Positions 7,064 through 15,077 are shown, counted from the stretch's first letter. The stretch: DNA of 42,307 nucleotides from a bacterium (GCA_030649775.1 JAUSFR010000077.1:1-42307), one strand, 5' to 3'. The notes: generated from the sequence alone by a model not told the origin. Numbers and translations are program-made.

Positions 7064-8077
7064 ATGTCAACCATGCTTACTATATCTCAAAAACTCAACC
7101 CAAAACTTTGGGACAAAGACATAGAGCAAGCGCCAATTCGTAAGGGGTTTGGCGAGGGACTGCTTTCCGCGGGCGAAACGGATGAACGAGTGGTGGGACT
7201 CTGTGCCGACCTTACCGAATCTACCCAGATGCACCTTTTCAAAAATAAGTTTCCGAACCGTTTTATAGAAATGGGTGTGGCCGAACAGAATCTCGTGACC
7301 GTCGCCTCCGGTATGGCGGCTATGGGGAAAATCCCGTTTTGCACGTCCTACGCTATGTTTAGCCCGGGGAGGAATTGGGAGCAAATCCGCACCACCATTT
7401 GTTACAACGACCGTCCCGTAAAGATTGTGGGCAGTCACGCAGGAGTTTCCGTGGGTCCCGACGGAGGGACGCATCAGGCCGTTGAAGATTTGGCGATTAT
7501 GCGGGTACTCCCCAATATGTGCGTGCTCTCACCTTGTGATGCGATTGAAGCGAAGAAAGCGACCCTTGCGTGCGCCAAGACGAAAACTCCGACCTATATT
7601 CGGCTTGCGCGGGAGAAAACTCCGATTATTACCACTGTGGAAACGCCGTTTGAAATAGGGAAGGCACAAATATTCTATAAAACACCAATAACCAATAACC
7701 AATCACCAAAAAGAGTGGGGATTATTGCGACGGGGGGATTGCTGTACAAGGCGCTTGTCGCCGCGAAAGAGCTGGAAGAAGAGGGAATTGCGGTCACGGT
7801 ACTTAATCTTGCTACCATTAAACCGCTTGATGTAGAGGCTATCACCGAACTCGCAAGGGAGTGCGGAAAACTGGTTACGGTTGAGGAGCATCAAATCGCT
7901 GGAGGAATGGGCTCCGCGGTTGCCGAGGTTCTCGCTCGCACGACGCCTGTGCCTATGGAGTTTGTCGGTGTGAAGGATGTCTTCGGGCAATCGGGTTCAC
8001 CCGAACAGATTGTTGAACACTACGGTATGGGCGTTTCGCATATCAAACAGGCGGTGCAGAGGCTCATTCTCCGTTAA
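7064..8077 (+). CDS. transketolase, C-terminal (pyrimidine-binding) subunit
   Basis: 337 aa. Motifs FIEMGVAEQNLV and GGTHQAVEDLAIMR. Contains an in-frame heptamer array at 7684-7711. Confidence 0.92.
   Translation: MSTMLTISQKLNPKLWDKDIEQAPIRKGFGEGLLSAGETDERVVGLCADLTESTQMHLFKNKFPNRFIEMGVAEQNLVTVASGMAAMGKIPFCTSYAMFSPGRNWEQIRTTICYNDRPVKIVGSHAGVSVGPDGGTHQAVEDLAIMRVLPNMCVLSPCDAIEAKKATLACAKTKTPTYIRLAREKTPIITTVETPFEIGKAQIFYKTPITNNQSPKRVGIIATGGLLYKALVAAKELEEEGIAVTVLNLATIKPLDVEAITELARECGKLVTVEEHQIAGGMGSAVAEVLARTTPVPMEFVGVKDVFGQSGSPEQIVEHYGMGVSHIKQAVQRLILR
7684..7711 (+). repeat. tandem heptamers ACCAATA ACCAATA ACCAATC ACCAAAA inside the tkt C-subunit
   Basis: Read directly from the sequence. Encodes part of TPITNNQSPK. 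Confidence 0.9.
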
Positions 8078-8136
8078 ACAGGCATTTCGCATATCAAATA
8101 ACCTCCCACTTAACCTAAAAACAAATTATCAAGTAA

Positions 8137-8166
8137 TTACTATCTTACTACGTAGTAAGATAGTAA
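8137..8166. repeat. 30-nt perfect palindrome TTACTATCTTACTAC|GTAGTAAGATAGTAA (candidate operator)
   Basis: All 15 arm positions pair. Ends 9 nt upstream of the ATG at 8176. A 26-nt core copy lies at 8656-8681. Confidence 0.9.
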
Positions 8167-8175
8167 ATCATCACC

Positions 8176-8646
8176 ATGGCGCGATTCAAACCGGAGCGTC
8201 TTTCAACAAAGGAAAAATATGGACTTCTCAAAGAGTTCTGGACAACGCTGGCGCTTTTGGAGGATGTTGAGCAAATACAGAACTTTCTGAAGGATTTATT
8301 GAGCGAAACCGAGGCCGTAATGCTTGCACGCCGCCTGAAGATCGCAAAGCTCATCTATCAAGGTAAGAGTTACGAAGCCATCGAGAAACTTATGCACGCT
8401 TCGCCAACGACGATTGCCTCAGTCCATTCATGGCTTGATGGGGGGTTTGGTGGGTATCTTCAAGGTATCCAAAAGTTAAGAGAGGAGCTGGGACGGCAAG
8501 CGGTGCTTCAGGAGAAAAAGGAACAGTCTCTTGACCCACTTTCTTTGGAGGGCCTAAAAAAGCGATATCCGCTGCATTTTTTACTTTTCAATACCGCAGA
8601 TGAGATGAAATATAGAGCTCCCAAAAGGTTGCGAAAGAAGCACTAA
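8176..8646 (+). CDS. TrpR-related YerC/YecD-like DNA-binding protein with a C-terminal extension
   Basis: 156 aa. The segment FLKDLLSETEAVMLARRLKIAKLIYQGKSYEAIEKLMHASPTTIASVHSWLDGGFGGY matches the YerC/YecD pattern. Confidence 0.7.
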   Translation: MARFKPERLSTKEKYGLLKEFWTTLALLEDVEQIQNFLKDLLSETEAVMLARRLKIAKLIYQGKSYEAIEKLMHASPTTIASVHSWLDGGFGGYLQGIQKLREELGRQAVLQEKKEQSLDPLSLEGLKKRYPLHFLLFNTADEMKYRAPKRLRKKH

Positions 8647-8655
8647 TATTACCCC

Positions 8656-8681
8656 ACTATCTTACTACGTAGTAAGATAGT
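8656..8681. repeat. 26-nt perfect palindrome ACTATCTTACTAC|GTAGTAAGATAGT (second copy)
   Basis: Identical to the core of 8137-8166. Starts 9 nt after the stop codon of the YerC-like gene. Confidence 0.9.
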
Positions 8682-8683
8682 AC

Positions 8684-8814
8684 TGTGCGAACGTGAATTC
8701 TGCGTAGCTAAAACATAGCTACGGCGAGGACGAGACCACTCGGTTTGGGGCATTATGGGATGACGGTGGGAGATATCAAAAAAGCGGTCCTCGCCGTGCT
8801 CAAACGTTCACACA
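8684..8814. other. about 130-nt nested inverted-repeat element (structured RNA or MITE-like)
   Basis: The outer arms TGTGCGAACGT (8684-8694) and ACGTTCACACA (8804-8814) pair 10/11. Inside are GTAGCTA-AAACA-TAGCTAC (8704-8722) and CGGCGAGGAC (8722-8731) / GTCCTCGCCG (8787-8796). Lies between convergent genes. Confidence 0.4.
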
Positions 8815-8826
8815 TCGCGTGAGAGC

Positions 8827-9831
8827 TTACTCGATCTTTTTTGGTGTGTAATCCTCTGGAGCGGAGGCGAGATAGGTCTCAAGTAGAGAGCGAGTGAGGA
8901 GTCCTTTCTGCGCTCCGATTTGTTGCACGACGTACGCGGAGTTCACCGGTGCCCACCTAAGCGCTTCCAGTACCGGTTTCCCAAGAATAATGGCGGAGGT
9001 GAAGGTTGAGGCGAAGGCGTCGCCCGCTCCGGTTCGGCTTATTGGTGGTTTAGGGTCGGGGTAGATGGGCTGGAACCAGCAGTCGCCGATTGCGGTATCG
9101 TAGGCGTAGGCACCCTTGGGGCCATCCGTGATGCAAACGGTTTTTGGGCCGAGGGCGCTTAACCCGTGAAGCAGTTTCTTGATGTCGGTTTCTTCGGTTT
9201 CCAAGATGCGTCGTGATTCCTCAAGGTTGCAGAAGAAGAGGGTGGAACGCGCATAGAGCTTTTTGAGTTTTTCTTTGCCCAATTTCATTTGGAAGGTGCC
9301 CGGCTGGAAGGAGAGTTGTACCTCTGGATGCGCCTCAAGATAGCTCGCGAGTTCCTCGTGATAGGGTTCGGAATTACCGCCAAGAGAAGAAAGATATATC
9401 CATTTTGGCGCTGGTGCGATAGTCGGAAGCTTGTACGGATATTCCTCGTGCTTCACAAGGATGGTGCGTTCGTCTTCAAACCACAAGACATAGTGATAGT
9501 TGGTCTTCGCGCCCTTGTGGGTTGTCACCAAATGGGTATCCACCTGTTCCGTGCGGAGCGTTTCCATACACTCGCGTCCATTTTCGTCATCACCTATGTC
9601 GGCTACGAGTCCCGACGAGAGGCCAAGCCGTGCCGCGGAAACACTGGCGTTCGGGGAATTACCCACAGCCCGCACCACTTCCACGAATTCGTAGGGAATC
9701 TTGTCCGCGAAACGCATAGAAAGCGTGCAGTTCACTTTGTCGATATCACACGAAACACTGGCCTCTTTGAGCCGAATGAACGCGTCGGTGGTAATATCGC
9801 CGATGGCGAGGAAATCAAGTTGGTTTTTCAT
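8827..9831 (-). CDS. PfkB-family carbohydrate/nucleoside kinase
   Basis: 334 aa. C-terminal PfkB signature RTGAGDAFASTF and an N-terminal GDITTD-type motif. Confidence 0.85.
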   Translation of the reverse strand: MKNQLDFLAIGDITTDAFIRLKEASVSCDIDKVNCTLSMRFADKIPYEFVEVVRAVGNSPNASVSAARLGLSSGLVADIGDDENGRECMETLRTEQVDTHLVTTHKGAKTNYHYVLWFEDERTILVKHEEYPYKLPTIAPAPKWIYLSSLGGNSEPYHEELASYLEAHPEVQLSFQPGTFQMKLGKEKLKKLYARSTLFFCNLEESRRILETEETDIKKLLHGLSALGPKTVCITDGPKGAYAYDTAIGDCWFQPIYPDPKPPISRTGAGDAFASTFTSAIILGKPVLEALRWAPVNSAYVVQQIGAQKGLLTRSLLETYLASAPEDYTPKKIE

Positions 9832-9925
9832 GCTGATGATTATAGCACATTCGGTTTTTCTCTTAGCAGTACTTTGTGCTATGCTCTTACAAACTCACCA
9901 TACAAATACGAAAGGAGGTGATGGT

Positions 9926-10090
9926 ATGTTCTTAATTATAATGGAAGACATTCCGCAGCCACCTGCGGAGTTCCCACCCGGGGTCTATGTCCCGGTCCTG
10001 GTCATTGGCCTTTGTTTCGCCGTTATCTACGTTGCTCGAGCCATTTCCGGCAGAAAAGAAGAGCGGGATGCCTGTGAAGAAGAAGAGTAA
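9926..10090 (+). CDS. small single-pass membrane protein
   Basis: 54 aa. Strong SD AAAGGAGGTG 6-8 nt upstream of the ATG, one TM segment (VYVPVLVIGLCFAVIYVA) and an acidic tail. Confidence 0.5.
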   Translation: MFLIIMEDIPQPPAEFPPGVYVPVLVIGLCFAVIYVARAISGRKEERDACEEEE

Positions 10091-10096
10091 CCATTG

Positions 10097-10129
10097 GCGC
10101 ACGTCTATTGGGGATGTGCGCTATTTTTT
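10097..10129 (+). terminator. weak rho-independent terminator candidate
   Basis: GCGCAC (10097-10102) pairs with GTGCGC (10116-10121), followed by TATTTTTT. Confidence 0.45.
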
Positions 10130-10151
10130 ATAGAGGGTGAGGTGTTGTATC

Positions 10152-10185
10152 AAAAAAAGTCGGGTGTCCAAAATGGGACACCCGA
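10152..10185 (-). terminator. rho-independent terminator of the minus-strand gene 10207-10740
   Basis: Perfect 10-bp stem TCGGGTGTCC/GGACACCCGA with a 6-nt loop. An A7 run on the plus strand gives a T-tract after the hairpin on the minus strand. Confidence 0.65.
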
Positions 10186-10206
10186 AATCAAAGAACGGAG
10201 AAGACA

Positions 10207-10740
10207 CTAGCCGTGAATCAACAAGGAAGACATATTCGCGCGGATATGGTCGAATCCCTTGTAGGCGAGGTTGAGGAGCCAAGTGCGCTGTGGAAAGAGG
10301 TGTGGCAGGCTTTCCTCGCTGAATTCTGGCAAAAGGTAAAGCGTATCGCTCACTTCCTGCGCATAGAGTCCCCGTGCGTTTTCCCACGGTACGACCAAGT
10401 TATAACTCCAAATGTCTTCATCCTGCAGTGCAAAACATCGGTCGGGAACAACCGCCCGCGAAAATACGTCCGGTACTTTGGTTTTGAAGATAGTCTGAAG
10501 CCAGTAGCGGATGAGCCGGTGCGCGTCCCATGGGTTGTTTTTGATATCTTGGTGTAAGGGGAGAAGTTCAACCTGGTTTTCCCACTGTCTTTCCGCATAC
10601 CGTTTTACAGCTTCAGGTTTCGCTCGAAAGCAGATATGGAGGTCTTTTGATTGACCCGGAAAGTTTCGGCCGAAGCAGTAAAGAAGGAAAAACGCATTTC
10701 CGCCTTTACCGAATAGGGTAGTTACATTGATAGTGCTCAT
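10207..10740 (-). CDS. hypothetical protein
   Basis: 177 aa from MSTINV; the track ORF starts 8 codons earlier. Ordinary protein-like composition with no family recognised by eye. Confidence 0.55.
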   Translation of the reverse strand: MSTINVTTLFGKGGNAFFLLYCFGRNFPGQSKDLHICFRAKPEAVKRYAERQWENQVELLPLHQDIKNNPWDAHRLIRYWLQTIFKTKVPDVFSRAVVPDRCFALQDEDIWSYNLVVPWENARGLYAQEVSDTLYLLPEFSEESLPHLFPQRTWLLNLAYKGFDHIRANMSSLLIHG

Positions 10741-10817
10741 TTTCAAATTTCCTTTCCTCGCCAAACTAACATGGAGAGTGGCTTTTTACAATGACGTTCC
10801 TGTTATATACTAATGGT

Positions 10818-11783
10818 ATGACAACAATCTACGTTACCCGAAAGATTCCCGATGCGGGACTCGCACCGCTCAAAGAGAAGGGCTTTGAGCTTGATATTAG
10901 CTCCAAAGACCGTCCGCTTACGAAACGCGAACTTCTGAAGGCGCTCAAGAAGAAACCGTATGACGGAGTGCTTTCGCTCCTTACGGACACGATTGACGGA
11001 GAAGTGTTTGACGCGGTGCCGAGTGCGAAGATTTTCGCGAACTATGCCGTCGGCTTTAACAATGTAAATATAGAGGAGGCGAAAAAGAGGGGGATTACCA
11101 TCACGAACACCCCGGGTGCGCTCACCGAGGCGGTCGCGGAGCACACCATTGCGCTTATGTTCGCGGTGGTGAAGCGTGTTGTGGAGGGCGACACCTACCT
11201 TCGCAGAGGGAAATACAAAGGCTGGGGCCCCGAACTTTTTCTTGGTGAAGAACTGCAGGGGAAGGTACTCGGTATCCTCGGCGCGGGACGCATAGGGAGC
11301 CGTGTCGCCGAAATCGCGGGCAAGGGTTTGGGGATGTCTGTCATCTACTACGATATCAAAAAGAGCGAAGAGTTTGAGAAGGCCACAGGAGGAACGTTTA
11401 AGGCGACCCCCGGGGAAGTCCTCAAAGAGGCTGACGTGGTATCCATTCACGTTCCACTTCTTCCGACCACGATGCACCTTATGAATACGGAGCGCCTCGC
11501 GATGATGAAAAAGACCGCCTATTTGCTGAACACTTCCCGCGGTCCCGTGATAGACGAGAATGCGCTTGTGGAGGCTTTGAAGCAGGGCGTCATCCGCGGG
11601 GCGGGACTGGATGTTTTTGAAAATGAACCTAAACTGGCGAAAGGGCTAGCCAAACTCCCGAATATTGTCATCACCCCGCACACCGCTTCCGCGACCCGCT
11701 CCGCTCGCGACGGTATGGCAAAGCTCGTGGCCGAAAACCTCATTGCCTTTTTTGATGGTCGAGTTCCGCCGAACAAAATCTAG
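10818..11783 (+). CDS. D-isomer-specific 2-hydroxyacid dehydrogenase (glyoxylate/hydroxypyruvate reductase-like)
   Basis: 321 aa from MTTIYV. NAD fold GILGAGRIGSRVA, RGPVIDENALVEAL, GLDVFENEP and TPHTASAT. Confidence 0.88.
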   Translation: MTTIYVTRKIPDAGLAPLKEKGFELDISSKDRPLTKRELLKALKKKPYDGVLSLLTDTIDGEVFDAVPSAKIFANYAVGFNNVNIEEAKKRGITITNTPGALTEAVAEHTIALMFAVVKRVVEGDTYLRRGKYKGWGPELFLGEELQGKVLGILGAGRIGSRVAEIAGKGLGMSVIYYDIKKSEEFEKATGGTFKATPGEVLKEADVVSIHVPLLPTTMHLMNTERLAMMKKTAYLLNTSRGPVIDENALVEALKQGVIRGAGLDVFENEPKLAKGLAKLPNIVITPHTASATRSARDGMAKLVAENLIAFFDGRVPPNKI

Positions 11784-11875
11784 GCACTAGGAAGTCAGGC
11801 CCTAGGCTCTAGGGAAGGAATGGCAATTTCGTTCTTTACTTTTTTCCTAGTGCCTAGAGCCTATCGCCTAGAGCC
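11781..11875. repeat. CTAG-type heptamer hairpin element
   Basis: The left arm is TAGGCAC TAGGAAG ... TAGGCTC TAGGGAA. The right arm is CCTAGTG CCTAGAG CCTATCG CCTAGAG. The arms are mutually complementary. Confidence 0.8.
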
Positions 11876-11965
11876 TTTTGTGCTTGGTTGCATTTTTAGG
11901 CCTTTTTTGCTACTGTCTTGTCCTAACCTATCAGCTAAAAGCTATAAGCTATCAGCTGTATTTTT

Positions 11966-12661
11966 ATGGCCATCAGCCTTCAATTTGAAAAGCGGGACCC
12001 GAAAGTGGCCCCCAATACGCTTCGAAACGCGGGGAAAATACCGGCGGTCTTTTATGGTAAGAAACAAGCGTCTACCTCCATCACGCTTTCTGCGCATGAT
12101 TTCGAAAAGGTATGGAAGAAGGCGGGTGAGAACACCATCGTGAGTCTCCAGAACGGCACCGAAGAAGTCCAGGCGCTCATTAATGACGTGGACAAGCATC
12201 CGGTTACCGGAGTGGCACGCCACGCCGACTTTTACGTCTTTGAAAAAGGACAGAAGCTCAAGATTAAAGTGCCGATTGAATTTAAAGGAGTTTCCCCGGC
12301 GGTCAAAGACCTCGGTGGGGTACTGGTCAAAGTGGTACACAACCTTGAAATTGAAGCCGAGCCGAAGAACCTCCCGCAGAAGCTTGAAATTGATATTTCT
12401 CCTCTTGTCGCGTTTGACAGTGTTATTACCGCGAAAGAAATTATTCTCCCCGAGGGAGTTACTCTTGTTATTTCTCCCGACGACGTCATTGCTTCGGTCT
12501 ACGAACCGAAGGAAGAAGTGGTGGAAGAAGTGCCGGTTGACCTCTCGACAATTGAAGTAATGAAGAAAGGCAAAGAAGAGGTTCCGGGTGAAGAAGGCAC
12601 TGCTCCGGCCGAAGGAGGTGCTCCTGCGAAAAAGGAGGAAAAGAAAGAAGCAAAGAAGTAA
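11966..12661 (+). CDS. rplY: 50S ribosomal protein L25 / general stress protein Ctc
   Basis: 231 aa. N-terminal pattern RNAGKIPAVFYGK, a Ctc-type second domain and a Lys/Glu-rich tail. Confidence 0.9.
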   Translation: MAISLQFEKRDPKVAPNTLRNAGKIPAVFYGKKQASTSITLSAHDFEKVWKKAGENTIVSLQNGTEEVQALINDVDKHPVTGVARHADFYVFEKGQKLKIKVPIEFKGVSPAVKDLGGVLVKVVHNLEIEAEPKNLPQKLEIDISPLVAFDSVITAKEIILPEGVTLVISPDDVIASVYEPKEEVVEEVPVDLSTIEVMKKGKEEVPGEEGTAPAEGGAPAKKEEKKEAKK

Positions 12662-12680
12662 TCTTGATTCTTATCAAGAT
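12661..12680 (+). terminator. hairpin ATCTTGAT-TCTT-ATCAAGAT
   Basis: Perfect 8-bp stem that starts in the rplY stop codon. It is the first of three consecutive hairpins. Confidence 0.4.
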
Positions 12681-12681
12681 T

Positions 12682-12702
12682 ATCCCGCACTTGATGCGGG
12701 AT
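12682..12702 (+). repeat. conserved 21-nt hairpin ATCCCGCA-CTTGA-TGCGGGAT (copy 1)
   Basis: Identical 21-mer at 38681-38701. Both copies sit just after a stop codon and behind another hairpin. Confidence 0.85.
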
Positions 12703-12740
12703 CCAGAAGGAACCTTCACACCATACAAAAACAGTCGTTC

Positions 12741-12766
12741 ACAAGACGGGGAGACCCGTCTTTTGT
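12741..12766 (+). terminator. rho-independent terminator
   Basis: AAGACGGG-GAGA-CCCGTCTT followed by TTGTGTT. Confidence 0.6.
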
Positions 12767-12783
12767 GTTACCATTAGGAAACT

Positions 12784-14139
12784 ATGAAAGCGTCAGCTTT
12801 GCTTTTTTGCGTAGGTATACTCGGCATAGCCGTCGTGGTATTCGTCGTACCTCACCTTGCGCGCGCGCAAAGTGAAGGTGCGGTTGCGAAACGACAAGCT
12901 GAACTTCAAGCCGAACTTGAAGCGACACAAAAGGATATCGCCTACTGGGCGACCATTCTCGCGTCCAAGGAAAAAGAGACGGTCTCCATTTCCCGTGATA
13001 TTGCTATTCTCAACGCGAAGATTGCGGAGGCGAAAGCAACGATTAAGGCAAAGAACATCATCATTCAACAATTGGGAAAGGATATCGGAGAAAAAACGGC
13101 GGTTATCACCTCCCTCAATCAGAAGTTGGAGAAACAAAAAGATTCACTTTCCGGACTTATACGCAAAGCAAATACCATTGAGGCGTATTCGGTTGCCGAG
13201 TTCGCGCTGAGCGGACAAAATTTATCCGGCTTTTTGGGCGACCTTGATGCTATAAGGGCCGTGGAGGGGGCGCTAAAAACCTCGTTTGAGGACATTCGAG
13301 CGACGCGCACCGAGACCGAGACGGTGAAAGAAGCGCTCAACAAACGTCAATCCGCCGAGACCGACGCACGGAAAGCGATAGAAGCGGAACAAAGGCAAAT
13401 CCAAAAGAGTGAAGCCAAGAAGAAAGAACTGCTCGCTATCAGTAAGACCGAGGAGAAAACGTATAAAGGAATCTTGAGTGAACGAGAAAAGAGAGCCGCG
13501 CAAATACGCTCCGCGCTTTTCGCGCTCCGTGACAGTGCGGCAATACCATTCGGCACGGCATACGGATACGCGCTGGAGGTGCAAAAAAAGACAGGGGTGC
13601 GTCCCGCGTTTTTGCTCGCGATACTGACGCAGGAAACCAATCTTGGCGAAAATGTGGGGCAGTGCCTCGTCACCAATTTCACGACCGGAGGCGGGGTGGG
13701 TAAAAATACCGGCACGGCATTCACCACGATTATGAAGCCAGGACGAGACCTCGCGCCGTTTCTCCGTCTCGCAGAGCGTCTCGGTTTTGACCCAAAGCAG
13801 AAACCCGTGTCCTGTCCGCAGAAAGGTGGTTACGGCGGTGCGATGGGGCCGTCACAATTTATCCCGTCAACATGGGTTTCGTTTGAGAAAAGAATTGCCT
13901 CGGCATCGGGGGTGTCCACTCCCGACCCGTGGATTCCGCGCGACGCCTTTTTCGCGTCGGGGATTTATCTTTCGGACCTCGGCGCGGACGCGGGTGGGTA
14001 TTCCGCCGAGTCCACCGCGGCAGCCAAATATTACGCAGGGAGCGCGTGGAAAACCAAGGGGAAGACCTACGCGGGGAATGTGATGTCACACGCGACAAAC
14101 ATACAGGAAAATATGATTGACCCGTTGCAGAATTTGTAG
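12784..14139 (+). CDS. secreted coiled-coil protein with a C-terminal lytic transglycosylase-like domain (MltB/SLT_2-like)
   Basis: 451 aa. N-terminal signal/TM segment, about 230 aa of coiled coil, then LAILTQETNLG (catalytic Glu context) and GAMGPSQFIPSTW. Confidence 0.7.
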   Translation: MKASALLFCVGILGIAVVVFVVPHLARAQSEGAVAKRQAELQAELEATQKDIAYWATILASKEKETVSISRDIAILNAKIAEAKATIKAKNIIIQQLGKDIGEKTAVITSLNQKLEKQKDSLSGLIRKANTIEAYSVAEFALSGQNLSGFLGDLDAIRAVEGALKTSFEDIRATRTETETVKEALNKRQSAETDARKAIEAEQRQIQKSEAKKKELLAISKTEEKTYKGILSEREKRAAQIRSALFALRDSAAIPFGTAYGYALEVQKKTGVRPAFLLAILTQETNLGENVGQCLVTNFTTGGGVGKNTGTAFTTIMKPGRDLAPFLRLAERLGFDPKQKPVSCPQKGGYGGAMGPSQFIPSTWVSFEKRIASASGVSTPDPWIPRDAFFASGIYLSDLGADAGGYSAESTAAAKYYAGSAWKTKGKTYAGNVMSHATNIQENMIDPLQNL

Positions 14140-14269
14140 ACCGACGGCACATATGGGCGCCGAGAATACTCGGCATCCTCAATTTTGCAACCACGGAGTA
14201 CCGTGGGCAAAATTGGGAAAAAACGCCACGAAACCAAAAGGTGTCGTGGCGTGAAAGAAAAGGGATGAG

Positions 14270-14692
14270 TTAGTGGATGGTTTGGAAGAACACCGCGTGT
14301 TCTTCCGAGGCTTTGACTCCGAGTGAACGCAAGACCGGAATCAGTATCGCTCGGCACCCCCCGCTTTTTAAAGCGAGGGCGCTGATGGTGAATTTTTCTC
14401 CACATTCAAAGGTGCAAATCTTCATTCCGAATCCATATTTTCCTTCAGGAAAATGGATAAAGGAAAGAGTAATACCCTCATGCTTGATTGGTCTGTGGCC
14501 GTTCCAGTAGGAGATGGCCACTTTTTTTTCAAGATGTTTGAGTTGCCGTTTGAGCTGGTTCGGCTGTAAACCGACCCACAGGGTAATGGCGCGGTGGTGT
14601 GTTTTGACGGGTTGTGGAACTAGTAGCTGCAAATGATGGTGTTGGTGCATAGAGTCTGGGGCTAGAATTACAGGTTGGGCGGGATTTGTCAA
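14270..14692 (-). CDS. hypothetical protein
   Basis: 140-aa ORF. More protein-like than the overlapping plus-strand ORF. Start uncertain (alternative Met at 14650). Confidence 0.4.
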   Translation of the reverse strand: MTNPAQPVILAPDSMHQHHHLQLLVPQPVKTHHRAITLWVGLQPNQLKRQLKHLEKKVAISYWNGHRPIKHEGITLSFIHFPEGKYGFGMKICTFECGEKFTISALALKSGGCRAILIPVLRSLGVKASEEHAVFFQTIH

Positions 14693-14726
14693 TTTTCCGT
14701 TCTTCTGGTAGGCTACTCTAATCTAT

Positions 14727-14827
14727 GGAGCGCGTAATTTACCCCAGTTAAGTATCCGCCTAAGAAGGCGGTAATTCGCCAAGGCGAATTACTTAACAGG
14801 GTGGCGATTTTATAGTCGCTTCGCTCC
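14727..14827 (+). promoter_or_regulatory. candidate structured 5' leader RNA upstream of rpmE
   Basis: The closing helix GGAGCG (14727-32) / CGCTCC (14822-27) encloses GTTAAG (14747-52) / CTTAAC (14792-97). Inside that are two hairpins, CCGCC-TAAGAA-GGCGG and TAATTCGCC-AA-GGCGAATTA, plus a third hairpin GGCGA...TCGCT. It ends 13 nt before the ATG. Confidence 0.4.
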
Positions 14828-14840
14828 TTAAAAATCAGCC

Positions 14841-15071
14841 ATGAAAAAAGACATCCACCCACAATTTTATACCGATGCCAAAGCCAGCTGTGCCTGCGGG
14901 GCTATTTTTGCCGTGGGGTCCACCAAGCAAGAGCTTACGGTTGAAATTTGTAGCAATTGTCACCCGTTCTTCACCGGTGCCGACAAGATAGTGGACACCG
15001 CGGGACGCATTGACCGATTCAAGGCAAAGCAGGCAAAATCCGCCGCCAAAAAGACCTCCAAGAAGGCGTAA
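14841..15071 (+). CDS. rpmE: 50S ribosomal protein L31
   Basis: 76 aa. [10 protein letters not shown]..., with the CxxG...[10 protein letters not shown] zinc-ribbon pattern. Confidence 0.93.
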   Translation: MKKDIHPQFYTDAKASCACGAIFAVGSTKQELTVEICSNCHPFFTGADKIVDTAGRIDRFKAKQAKSAAKKTSKKA

Positions 15072-15077
15072 CTTTGC

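Noticed and set aside
9289-9921. 210-aa plus-strand ORF (and the 9701-10090 ORF N-terminus)
   Set aside because: It is antisense to the PfkB kinase gene. Only the 3' part, 9926-10090, which has its own strong SD, was kept as a possible small gene.
14277-14510. 77-aa plus-strand ORF overlapping 14270-14692 (-)
   Set aside because: It is shorter and less protein-like than the minus-strand frame. Neither frame is strongly supported, so only the longer minus-strand ORF was listed, at low confidence.
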